A stretch of 64,000 nucleotides of DNA from Mobula hypostoma (Eukaryota), in NCBI RefSeq assembly GCF_963921235.1, contig NC_086100.1:202370001-202434000 (forward strand). The letters run 5' to 3'. Positions 34,108 to 46,100 of the stretch are shown here, one piece after another (within the stretch, counting starts at the first letter, position 1; each line of letters starts with the position of its first letter). The notes beneath the pieces are model-generated. The model made no database searches. It was given only the letters and a program-made list of their open reading frames with translations, and was not told where the DNA came from. Both the position numbers and the translations under genes were made by a program.

Positions 34108-37100
34108 GTGAGACTCATCTGGTGTACATTCCTGAGTGTAGTTCGGCCTTGCAACCCACCCACCCGTCCCCAGGGTCAGGTTGCGTGACGTCCCACCCCT
34201 CACCTGCCCATCCCCAGGGTCAGGCCATGTGACGTCCCATCCCTCACCTGCCCGTCCCCGGGGTCAGGCCGCATGACGTCCCACCCCTCACCTGCCCGTC
34301 CCCGGGGTCAGGTCGCGTGACGTCCCACCCCCCACCCATCACACGCCTGTCCGCGGGGTCAGGCCGCATGACATCTCACCCCTCACCTGCCTGTCCCCGG
34401 GGTCAGGCGGCGCGATGTCCCCCCCCCACACCCGCCCATCCCCGGGGTCAGGCTGCACGATGTCCCCCCCCCCCACCCATCACCCACCTGTCCGCGGAGT
34501 CAGACCGTGTGATGTCCCATCCCTGGGGTCAGGCTGCGTGATGTCCCCCCCCCCTCACCTGCCCACCCCCGGGGTTAGGCCGCGCGATGTCCCACCCCCC
34601 CACCTGCCCGCCCCCGGGGTCAGGCCGTGAGACATCCCACCGCCCCACCTGCCCACCCCCGGGGTCAGGCCGCTTGACATCCCACCCCTCACCTGCCTGT
34701 CCCCGGGGTCAGACCGTGACGTCCCACCCTGGGGTCAGGCCGCATGACGTTCTCCCCACAAGCCCATCACCGGGGTCGAGCCGCTCTCCACACTGCGTCC
34801 CCGACCCTGCTTAGAGACCGGGGAGACGGTGAGTACACAGTGCAACCCCAGACCCTGCTGGTGCTGACGTGTGCTTGTCCCCAGGGCTGGAGAATGGAGA
34901 CCTGCGTCTGTCCAGGGGCCGAGTGCCCAGCGAGGGCCGTGTCGAGGTGTACTACGATGGAGAGTGGGGCACCGTGTGTGATGACGGTTGGGACCTCACT
35001 GATGCTCACGTTGTCTGCCGCAGCCTTGGTTACCTCAACGCCACGGAGGCCGTACGTGGAGGTGCCTTCGGATCAGGTGAGGGGACTGGATGGGGATCTC
35101 TGTATTTCCCTGATCACTGGAGGGAACGACCAGTGAGCAATATTATTTTTGCTGAGAACTGAGATTGATTGGGTCGTGGGGAATGAGGACCCTAATCTCA
35201 GTGTGGTATGGCAATCGTCCCATATCAGACTGCCAAGCACTCCAGCGTGTGGTGAAAACTGCCCAGCGGATTATCGGCACCCAGTTGCCCACCATTGAGA
35301 ACATCTACCATAAACACTGCCTGGGCAGGGTAAAAAGCATTATTAAGGATGCATCTCACCCTAACCAGGGACTTTTTACTCTCCTCCCATCCGGCAGGTG
35401 CTACAGGAGCCTCCGCTCCCACACCAGCAGGCACAGGAAGAGCTTCTTCCCTGAGGCTGTGACCCTGCTGAACCTCACATCACAGCGCTAAGCAGTATTG
35501 CACCCATATTGTACTGTCTCAGTACTTTTATATTTGTGTGCTGTAGCATTTACTTTTTATTTGCAGTTATTTTGTAAATGACACTATTCTTTGTGTTTCT
35601 GGTTAGATGCAGTTCATTGGCTTTGTATCTGTACTCAGCACAATGACAATAAAGTTGAATCTAATCTAACCTAATTTAATGGCCTCTCCCTTGTCCCCGC
35701 CCGGACCCCGGCTCCCTCGTCCCCGCCCGGACCCCGGCACCCCCGGCTCCCTCGTCCCCGCCCGGACCCCAGTTCCCCCTCCCTCGTCCCCACCCGGACC
35801 CCAGCGCCCCCCGCTCCCTCATCCCCACCCAGACCCCGGTGCCCCTCTCCCTGGTCCCTGCGTGGACCCCAGTGCCCCTCATTGGACACTTGAGCCCCTC
35901 TCTATTGCCTCACCCGGACCCCATGAACCCTGATATCACTGTCTCCCCTAGACCCCAACCTCACTCTTTCAGCACAAGACTACAGTCTCTCACCCACACC
36001 TCAGCCCCATGGAGATGTGACCCAGAGAGTATGGATCCCTGAGGAGGAGGGCATGACCCTAAGGTGAGGGGTGTCCCTGGGACTGTGCTGACTCCAATCT
36101 GCCTCTCCCCCAGGGTCAGGCCCAATCCTGCTGGATGATGTGTTCTGTACTGGAACCGAGACCTCTCTCGCCAACTGCAAGACCAAAGGCTGGAAGATCC
36201 ACGACTGCCAACACTCAGAGGATGCTGGAGTTCGCTGTGACCCCCGTGAGCACCAGCCCGTGAATGGGGGGGCGGTGTGAGAATGGTGTGGAGGGGTGTC
36301 AGAGGATGCTGGGTTTCTCAGTGACCCCATGAGCACCAGCCCGAGGGGGGGTGTGGAATCAGAATTATATGATGAGGGTCATAAGATGCTGGAATTTGCT
36401 CTGAGCATGGAGACGAGGGAATGGGGCGTGGGAAGGTGAAGGTGAGGAAGAGATGGGGAGAGGGAGATGGAGAAAGGGTGGGGTGGGTAGATGGGGGTGA
36501 GAGGGATAGATTGCAGAGAGGAGAGTGAGACAGGGTGGGGTTAGTCTGTTGGACACTGGGGGGGGGAGTGACGTGATGATATTGCGGAGGGGTGGTGGGG
36601 AGTGGGTGGTGTGATGGACAGACAGATGATGGGGAGGGTGACAGGGTGGGGAGTGACCGGACTGTTGGACATTATTGAGGGTGTGATGGACGGACGGTGG
36701 GGAGTGACCGGACTGTTGGACATTAGGGAAGGGGTAATGTGACAGACGGTGGGGAGAGGGTGACGTGATTGATGGGGGGGTAGGGGTCATGGGTGGGTTG
36801 ACTGGGAGGGGAGTGACCAGGCTGTTGGAATGAGGGAGAGGGTGATGTCTCGTATCTTGGGGAGGGGTGGGGGGTGATTGGGAGGTGATATGATGGACAG
36901 TGGTGGGGATGACTGACTGGACTGTTGGAGATGAGGGAGGGGTGATGTGACATGGGGTGGGGGGTGATTGGGAGGTGGGTGACCGGGGTTTTGGAGATGA
37001 GGGAGGGGTGATGTGACATGGGGTGGAGGGTGATTGGGAGGTGGGTGACCGGGGTTTTGGAGATGAGGGAGGGGTGATGTGAGGGATGGTGGGGTGGTGT

Positions 37101-40100
37101 GGTTTGACTGGACTGTTGGAGGTGAGGGAGGGGTGATGTGATGGACAGTGTTGGGGAGGGGTAGTGGGGGGGTGACTGACTGGACTGTTGGGGATGAGGA
37201 AGGGATGATGTGATGGATGGTGGGGTCGGGCTGGTGTGGTTTGACTGGACTGTTGGGGATGAGGGAGGGGTGATGTGATGGATGGTGGGGTCGGGCTGGT
37301 GTGGTTTGACTGGACTGTTGGGGATGAGGGAGGGGTGATGTGACAGATGGTGGGGTGGGGTGGTGGAACTGACTGCTGCAGAGTCAGCAGCTGATCTGAG
37401 GTTGGGAGTTTGATGGTACATGGTTGTGTTTGTGGCTTGTTTCGTCAGTGACACAGGCCCTTCAGCCTGTCTAAGGCATGCGCTCCATTGCCACCCATTA
37501 TACGTCAATGTTTAGTCACAGAATATGGCTCTGAACAGGATCTTCGGTGCATGATGTCAAATTAAACTGAATTCTTTCCTCCTGCACATGGTTCATTCCC
37601 CTCTCATTTCAGTTTGAACAGGGAACAGTATGGCTCAGGAAGAAGGCATTCTGCCCACAATATTTGTGCTGAATACAAAGTAAATCCCTTCTCCTTGCAG
37701 AAGTCTACATTCCCACACTTGCTGCTGTTCATGTGTCTACCAGCCTCTCAAGTTCCACCATCAAACCAGCTCACACCACCACCCCGTGCACCCACCAATC
37801 TCCGTAAAAATTAAACAAAAAACCTTACCCTCCCTCCATCACGAAAACAAAGTTTCCTCTAGTACATAGCATTTCTACCCTGTAAAAAGGTTGTGATTCT
37901 CTACCTCATACATTCCATACTTCTCAGTTTGATATTTGAGAGAACATAGAACATTACAGCACAGTACAGGCCCTTCAGCCCACAATGTGGTGCTGTCCCT
38001 TTAACCTACTCCAAGATCAATCTGACCCTTCCTTCCTACATAGCCCTCCATTGTTCTATCATCCACGTGCCAATTGAAGAGTTGCTTAAAGTCCCTAATC
38101 TATCTGCCTCTAGCACCACCCCCGGCAGGGTGTTCCATGCACCCACCACTCTGTGTTTCTTAAAAAGAAAATTACTTCCGACCTCCCCCCCCACCCCACA
38201 CACATTCCTCCAATCACCTTACAATTATGGCCCTCATGTTCGCATTTTTGCTTGTGCTTCCTGTGTACGTTTTTGCCAAGTCGCCTCTCATCCTCCTTCA
38301 CTCCAAAGTGAAAAGGCTGAGCTCGCTGCACTTTTCCTCACAAGACATGCCTTCTACTCCAGGTAACATCCTGATAACACTCTTCTGCACCCTCTTCCTA
38401 TAATGAGCCGACCAGAAATGAACACAATATTCCATGACCATGGTTTTATGGAGCTGCAACGTTACCTCCTGGCTCTTGAACTTAATGAAGCTCAAACACC
38501 ATACACCCTATCAACTTGTGTGCCAACTTTGAAAGATCTACCAAGGTGGACCCCAAGATCCCTCTGATCCACCACACTGCTGAGAACTCTGCCACTGAGC
38601 CTGTACTTGCCTTCAAATTTGACCTTCACTTTTCTGGCTGAATTCCCTCAGCCACCCCGTAGCCCAGCTCTGCACGTTGTCAGTGTGCTGTTGTGACCCA
38701 TGACAACTTTCCAGACTATCCACAACTGCACCAACTTCCATGTCAATGAGACTGGCTGTCCCCACTTTACCACTCTGCCACCTTTAGAGGTGTGGTGTTC
38801 CTGTTTGGGAGGGCGTGTAACAGTGAGGGGCGTGTTTCAGAGACATGCGAAGTATGTTTTGTTCTCCAGGGAGGCTGGACCAGCTGTTTGGCTACAGACT
38901 GGACCTCACTTCAGAGTTCTACAAGTCTTTAGAAGAGTTATACGAGAGTCGCAGGGACTGTGACATGAACATCACGGTGAACAGCCTGGAGGATGGCCGT
39001 GAAGAGGCGCGCTCCTGTGTACACAGGCTAATCCTGTCACTGCACACAGATGGAAACCTGCTCAGCCAGGCCCAGGGCAACCTCTTCAATCTGATAGTGT
39101 CTCAGGACTGTGTGCAGTACGTCGATGACATCATCAGGTAACTACTGCTTGCCCCCTCACCCTGGGTCCCTGGGTAGACACAGGGTAGGGAGAGAGTACC
39201 CAGGGAAGGGACCAGTTGTCACCCCTGGTCACTGGGTAGACACAGGGTAGGGAGAGAGTACCCAGGGAAGGGACCAGTTCTCACCCCAGACACTGGGTAG
39301 ACACAGGGTAGGGAGAGAGTACCCAGGGAAGGGACCAGTTGTCACCCCGGTCACTGGGTAGGCACAGGGTAGGGAGGGGATCCCCAGGGAAGGGACCAGT
39401 TCAGACCACTGGTCACTTGGTGGAGACAGGGCAGGGAGAGGGTACGCAGGGAAGGGAGTATTTGTACAGACACAACACAGGGTAGACTGCTGTTGGAAAA
39501 TTGCGTACAGACACAACACGGGGAGATGATGTTTAGATTATTGCGTACAACAACAGTAAGGATGAACTGCACTCGAAGTGTTATGTAGAGAAACAATAAG
39601 GGATAGAGAGTGCTCGGAGTATCGTATACAGACACAGTATGGGGTAGACCACGCCTGGAATATTGTGTACTGACACAATGGCATAGACCGTGCCTGGAGT
39701 ATTGTGTACAGCCGCAGTATGGAGTAGACTACACTCAGAGTATTGTGTACAGACACAGTATGCGATAGACTGTGCTCTGAGTATTGTGTACAAACAGTAT
39801 GGTGTAGACTGTGCTTGGAGATCTGTGTACAGACAAAACGGAGTAGACTGTGTTCAGAATATTGTGTACAGACACAATATGGGGTAGACCGTGCTCAGAG
39901 TATTCTGTAACTTCATCAAAATGCTGTCAATTTCCATTCACAATATTTTGAGTCACACAGCAGAGAAGCAGCAGCTTTGGGCAAAGTGGATTATGTCAAC
40001 AAAACTAGTCCCACTTGCCTACAACGGGCCCATTTCTCAGTCTAAACCTTTCATGTCCATGTACCCTTCCAGACATCTCTGAAATGTTGTCAATATACCT

Positions 40101-43100
40101 GCCTTGGCCACTTCCTCTGGTAGCTGATTCATGTACTGGGCACTCTCTGGATGAAGTAGTTGTTCATTGTGTCCTCATTCAATCTCTTCCCCTCCCCTGA
40201 AAACTGTACTCTTCAGTGTTTGATACCCCAAACATGGGTAAAAGGCTGTGATCATACAAGGTCACCCCTCAATCTTCTGCACACCCAGGAACTGAGTACA
40301 AAGTACATTTATTGGTAAAGTATGTTGACCATATACACCCTGAGATTCCTACTTCTAACAGGCAGCCACAACATAAACAAACATAATAGACCCCTTTAAA
40401 AAATTCCACACAACATCCTTCAGGCATCCAATGTGTGAGAAAAGAACAAATTGTGCAGATAATAAAGCGAGTAACACACGGAACATCAAGCACAGAGTCC
40501 CCAAAACTGATTTCACAGCCGTGGAGTCGACTGAGTAGTGTGTCTGGTCCCAGAACCCGAGGACTGCGGGCCACAGCCACCGAGTCGGCTCAGCGCTACG
40601 GCGAGTAAAACCTCACGGTGTAGGGATTTGTTCTACCTCAATGCCTTTATCCTTTTAATCTGGCTCAGTACTTAAATCAACTCAACATCAGTTTGTTCTG
40701 TGCTCTCGGGCTGGGTCCTGCCATCTCAATCAGCCCAGAATCCAATTCCAGCAATGGGCACCAAGGTCGTGATTGCATTCTCGAGAGTCCAGTTTGCCAA
40801 ATCCTCCAAAGCTGCCAGGTCATACGGATGGTTGAAAGGCACAACTCCCAAAAGGAAGTTAGAGGCTGTGGATCGTAGTGATCGTAGTCCACTGTGTAAT
40901 TAACAGAATAGTTAGATTTGTTTTGTTTGTTGCCCGAAAAACATCACCGTGCCTCACCAGTGCCATCCTTGTAGGATCTTTCTACTCTTAGCCTTCCCAA
41001 TAACTCAGTCCTTTCAATCCTGGCAACCTCCTTGTAAATCTCCTCTGCATTCTTTCCAGCTGAATGTTGTCCCTCCTGTAGCAGAGTGACCCAAACTGAA
41101 CTCAGTACTCCCAATGTCAGCAATGTCTTGCACAACTTTAACTTCTACACTCAATCCCTAACTGTTGAAGCGTTTTTCACCACTCCGTCTACCTGGGATG
41201 CCACTTCCAGGGAAACGTATTTGTGCTCCAAGGATCCCTCTCTTCTACAACAGTCCCCATGGCCCTGCCATTCACAGTAAACTGGTGTATTATTGTCACA
41301 TAATAAAGTACCTTGGAAAAGTTTCATTTTGCTTGCAATCCATACAGATCACTTTATTATAACAACATGTTGATGCCGATCAAGGTAAAACAAGAACAAA
41401 ATGCAGAATAAAATGCAACAGCTACAGAGAGAGAGTGCAGTGCAGGTAAACAACAAAGGGCAAGACCTTTATTGTGAGGTGAAGAGTCTATTTTATCGTA
41501 CTAGGGAACCATTCAGTAGTCTTATAACAGTGAGATAGAAGTCTGTTCTTGAACCTGGTGGTATGTGCTTTCAGGCGTTTGAACCTTGTGCCCGATGGAA
41601 GCCCGAAAAAGAGAGAGTGTCTGGGGGGGCTGGGGTCTTTGAGACTTGGTGCTTCACTGAGGCAGCGAGAAGTGGAAGTCCTACCCTCACTTGTCTTACC
41701 AAAATGTAACGTCTGTCACTTATCGAGGCACAACTGTGCAAGCATGTGGACGTCAGCAAATTAGACTGACGGGAAGGATTTAAAAGAAGACAGCTTTGTA
41801 GAGTAGGTGACGGAGTAGAGGGAGACAGAGTAGGAGGGCTTTGGCTCAACAGGGCTTTGGTGACAGTGGGTTCAGGCAAGGTAAGCTACCTGTGAGGAAT
41901 AGGAGGTATGTCTGTGAGGCCGGTGTTCTGTACTGTGTGTCAGATGTGGGTGGTCCAGGAGACTCCCAGCCTCCTGGATGGCCACATCTGTGCCAGATGT
42001 GTCGAGCTGCAGCTCCTTAGATACCGCGTTAGGGAACTGGAGTTGCAGCTCGATGACCTTCGTCTGGTCAGGGACAGTGAGGAGGTGATAGAAAGAAGCC
42101 ATAGGCAGGTGGTCACACCGGGGCCTCGGGAGGCAGACAAGTGGGTGTCAGGAGAGGGAAGGTACTAGAGAGTTCCCCTGTGGCTGTCCCCCTAAAGAAG
42201 TACTCCTGTTTGAGTACTGCTGGGAGGTGCCCTAGCTGGGGGAAGCAACAGTGATCGTACCTCTGGCACAGAGTCTGGCCCTGTGGCTCAGAAGGGTAGG
42301 GAAAGGAAGAGGAAGGCAGTAGCGATAGGGAACTCTATAGTTAGGGGGTCAGGCAGGCGAATCTGTGGATGCAGGAAAGAAACATGGATGGTAGTTTGCC
42401 TCCCAGGTGCCAGGGTCTGGGATGCTTCTGACCGTGTCCACGATATCCTGAAGTGGGAAGGATAACAGCCAGAGGTCATGGTACATAATGGTACTGAACA
42501 ACCTAAGTAGGAAAAGGGAGGAGGTCCTGAAAGCAGACTACAGGGAGTTAGGAAGGAAGTTGAGAATCAGGACCTCAAAGGTAGTAATCTCACGATTACT
42601 GCCTGTGCCATGTGACAGTGAGTACAGGAATAGAGTGAGGTGGAGGATAAATGTGTGGCTGAGGGATTGGAGCAGGGGGCAGGGATCCAGATTTCTGGAT
42701 CATTGGGACCTCTTTTAGAACAGGTGTGACCTGTACAAAAAGGACGGGTTGCACTTGAATCTGAAGGGGACCAATATCCTGGCAGGGAGGTTAGCTAAGG
42801 CTATTGCAGAGAGTCTAAACTAGAATTGCTGGGGGTGGGAACTGAACTGAAGGGATGGTTGGCTCACAAATAAAGAAAGCTTGTAGGCAGTGTGAGAGGG
42901 AGGATAGGCAGGTGACAGAGAAGGGACTCGCTGGGACCGATGGTTTGAGATGTGTCTACTTTAATGCAAGAAGCATCATGAACAAAGCAGATGAGCTTAC
43001 AGCGTGGATCAGTACTTAGAGCTATGATGTGGAGGCCGTTACAGAGACTTGGATGGCTCAGGGGCAGGAATAGTTACTTAAAGCGCCGAGTTTTAGGTGT

Positions 43101-46100
43101 TTCAGAAAGGACGGCGGGGAGGCAAAAGAGGTGGGGACGTGGTACTGTTGATCAGAGATAGAGTCATGGCTGCAGAAAAGGAGGAAGTCATGGAGGGATT
43201 GTCTATGGAGTCTCTGTGGGTGGAAGTTAGGAACAGGAAGGGGTCAATAAATCTACTGGTTGTTTTTTATAGACATCTCAATAGTTACAGGGACATTGAG
43301 AAGCAGATAGGGAGACAGATTCTGGAAAAGTGTAATAATAACATGGTCGTTGTGGTGGGAGATTTTAATTTACCAAAAATTGATGGGCATCTTCCTAGAG
43401 CAAGAGGATGGTGTGGAGTTTGTTAGGTGTGTTCAGGAAGGTTTCTTGATACAATATGCAGATAAGCCTACAAGTGGAGAGGCTGTACTTGATCTGGTAT
43501 TGGGAAATGAACCTGGTCAGGTGTCAGGTCTCAGCGGGAGAGCATTTCGGAGATAGTGATCTTAATTCTGTCTCCTTTACCATAGCATTGGAGAGGGATA
43601 GGAACAGACAAGTTAGGAAGGTGTTTAATTGGAGTCAGGGGAAATGTGAAGCTATCAGGCAGGAACTCAGAAGTATAAATTGGGAACAGATGTTTTCAGG
43701 GAAATATACAGCAGAAATGTGGCAAATTGTTCAGGGGATATTTACGTGATGTTCAGCATAGGTACATTCCAATGAGACCGGGAAAGGATGGTAGGGTACA
43801 GGAACCATGGTGCACAAATGCTGTTGAAAATCTTGTCAAGAAGAAAAGAAGAGCTTATGAAAGGTTCAAAAAACCAGGTAATGATAGAGATCTAGAAAAT
43901 TATAAGGCCAGCAGGAAGGAGTTTAGCAATGAAATTTGGAGAGCCAGAAAGGGCCATGAGAAAGTACTGGGGGACAGGATTAAGGAAAACCCCAAGGCAT
44001 TCTACAAATATGTGAAGAGCAAGAGGCTAAAACATAAGAGGATAGGACCAATCAAGTGTGACAGTGGAAAGGTGTGTATGGAAACGGAGGAGATGGCGGA
44101 GGTACTTATGAATACTTTGCTTCAGTATTCACTACAGAAAAGGATTTTGGCGATTGTCGGGATGATTTACAGCGGACTGAAAAGCTTGAGCATATAGACA
44201 TAAAGATAGAGGATATGCTGGAGCTTTTGGAAAGCATCAAGTTGGATAAGTCATTGGGACCCGATGACTTACACCCCAGGCTACTGTGGGAGGCGAGGGA
44301 GGAGATTGCTGAGCCTCTGGCAATGATCTTTGAAAAATCAATGCGGACCGGAGAGGTTCCGGAGGATTGGAGTGTTGCGGATGTTGTTCCCTTATTCAAG
44401 AAAGGGAGTAGAGATAGCCCAGGAAGTGATAGACCAGTGAGTTTTACTTCAGCGGTTGGTAAATTGATGGAGAAGATCTTGAGAGGCAGGATTTATGAAC
44501 ATTTGGAGAGACACAATATGACTAGGAATAGTCAGCATGGCTTTGTCAAAGACAGGTCATGCCTTACGAGGCTGTACTGGGAACCCTACTCTTTGTGATT
44601 TTTATAAATGACCTGGATGAGGAAGTGGAGAGATGCTTTAGTAAATTTGCTGATGACATAAAGGTTGGGGGTGTTGTGGATAGTGTGGAGGGCTGTCAGA
44701 GGTAACAGCGGGACATTGATAGGATGCAAAACTGGGCTGAGAAGTGGCAGATGGAGTTCAACCCAGATAAGTATGAGGTGGTTCATTTTGATAGGTCAAA
44801 TATGATGGCAAAATATAGTATTAATGGTACGACTCTTGGTAGTGTGGAGGATCAGAGGGATCTTGGGGTCTGAGTCCATAGGACACTCAAAGCTGCTGCG
44901 CAGGTTGACAGTGTTGTTAAGAAGGCATACGGTGCATTGGCCTTTATCGGCCGTGGGATTGAGTTTAAGAGCCAAGAGGTAATGTTGCAGCTATATAGGA
45001 CCCTGGTCAGACTCCACTTGGAGTACTGTGCTCAGTTCTGGTCACCTCACTACAGGAAGGATGTGGAAACCATAGAAAGGGTGCAGAGGAGATTTACAAG
45101 GATGTTGCCTGGATTGGGGAGCATGCCTTATGAGAATAGATTGAGTGAACTCGGTCTTTCCTCCTTGGAGCGACGGAGGATGAGAGGTGACCTGATAGAG
45201 GTGTATAAGATGAGAGGCATTGATCGTGTGGATAGTCAGAGGCTTTTTCCCAGGGCTGAAATGGCTAACACGAGAGGGCAGTTTTCATGTGCTTGGAAGT
45301 AGGTACAGAGGAGATGTCAGGGGCAAGTTTGTTTTTTTTTTATTATGCGGAGAGTGGTGAGGGCGTGGAATGAGCTGTCGGTGGCGGTAGTGAAGGTGGA
45401 TACGATAGGGTGTTTTAACAGACTCCGGGATAAGTACATGGAGCTTATAAAATAGAGGGCTATGGGTAACCCTAGGTAATTTCTAAAATAAGTACATGTT
45501 CGGAGTGACATTGTGGGCCGAAGCACTTGTATTTTGAGATAGGTTTTGTATGTTTCTATGAAACAAACTCCTTTCCCCAGTCCTCAATCCTCGGCCCAAT
45601 TACTCAGCTGATCATGACTCTCCTGTGATTTTTTATAACCTTTTGTCACCTGGGGTGTTTGTAAACTTACTAAACATGCCTTGTACTCTCTCGTCTTAAC
45701 TATTTACCAAAATAATGAAGGACAGATATACTAGGTCAGATGATTGTAACAAATCCTGGCTGGCTTCTCTAATCGTCTGCACTGTTCCAAGTGTCATGAA
45801 GTGGCAGATGCAACGTTTATAGACGGAGATTTGAAGAAGTGCATGATGGGAAAGATTTAGAATCTGTGGCCAGAATGTGGGCAGATCAGACTATCTCAGA
45901 CGGACACCTTGTTGGGTTTTGTGGAAACACCTGCCTGACTCCAGTACTCTCAGTGGGAAGTGAGTTTAGAGTAGAGGGGAAGAGATTTGGAAGGGATGTG
46001 TGGGGGTCTTCTTCAGCCAGAGAGCAGTGAATGTCTGGAGCACAGTGTTTGAGAAGTGTCTTGTGAGCATTTCAAACACATGGTCATTGTGATACTGGGC

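Noticed and set aside
36365..37508. Long Pro/His/Ser-rich minus-strand ORFs (141 and 261 aa)
   Set aside because: They are translations of a G-rich minisatellite, with no domain or splice support.
39458..39905. Regularly spaced repeats superficially like a CRISPR array
   Set aside because: The units are contiguous degenerate tandem copies without unique spacers, there are no cas genes, and the context is a eukaryotic intron.
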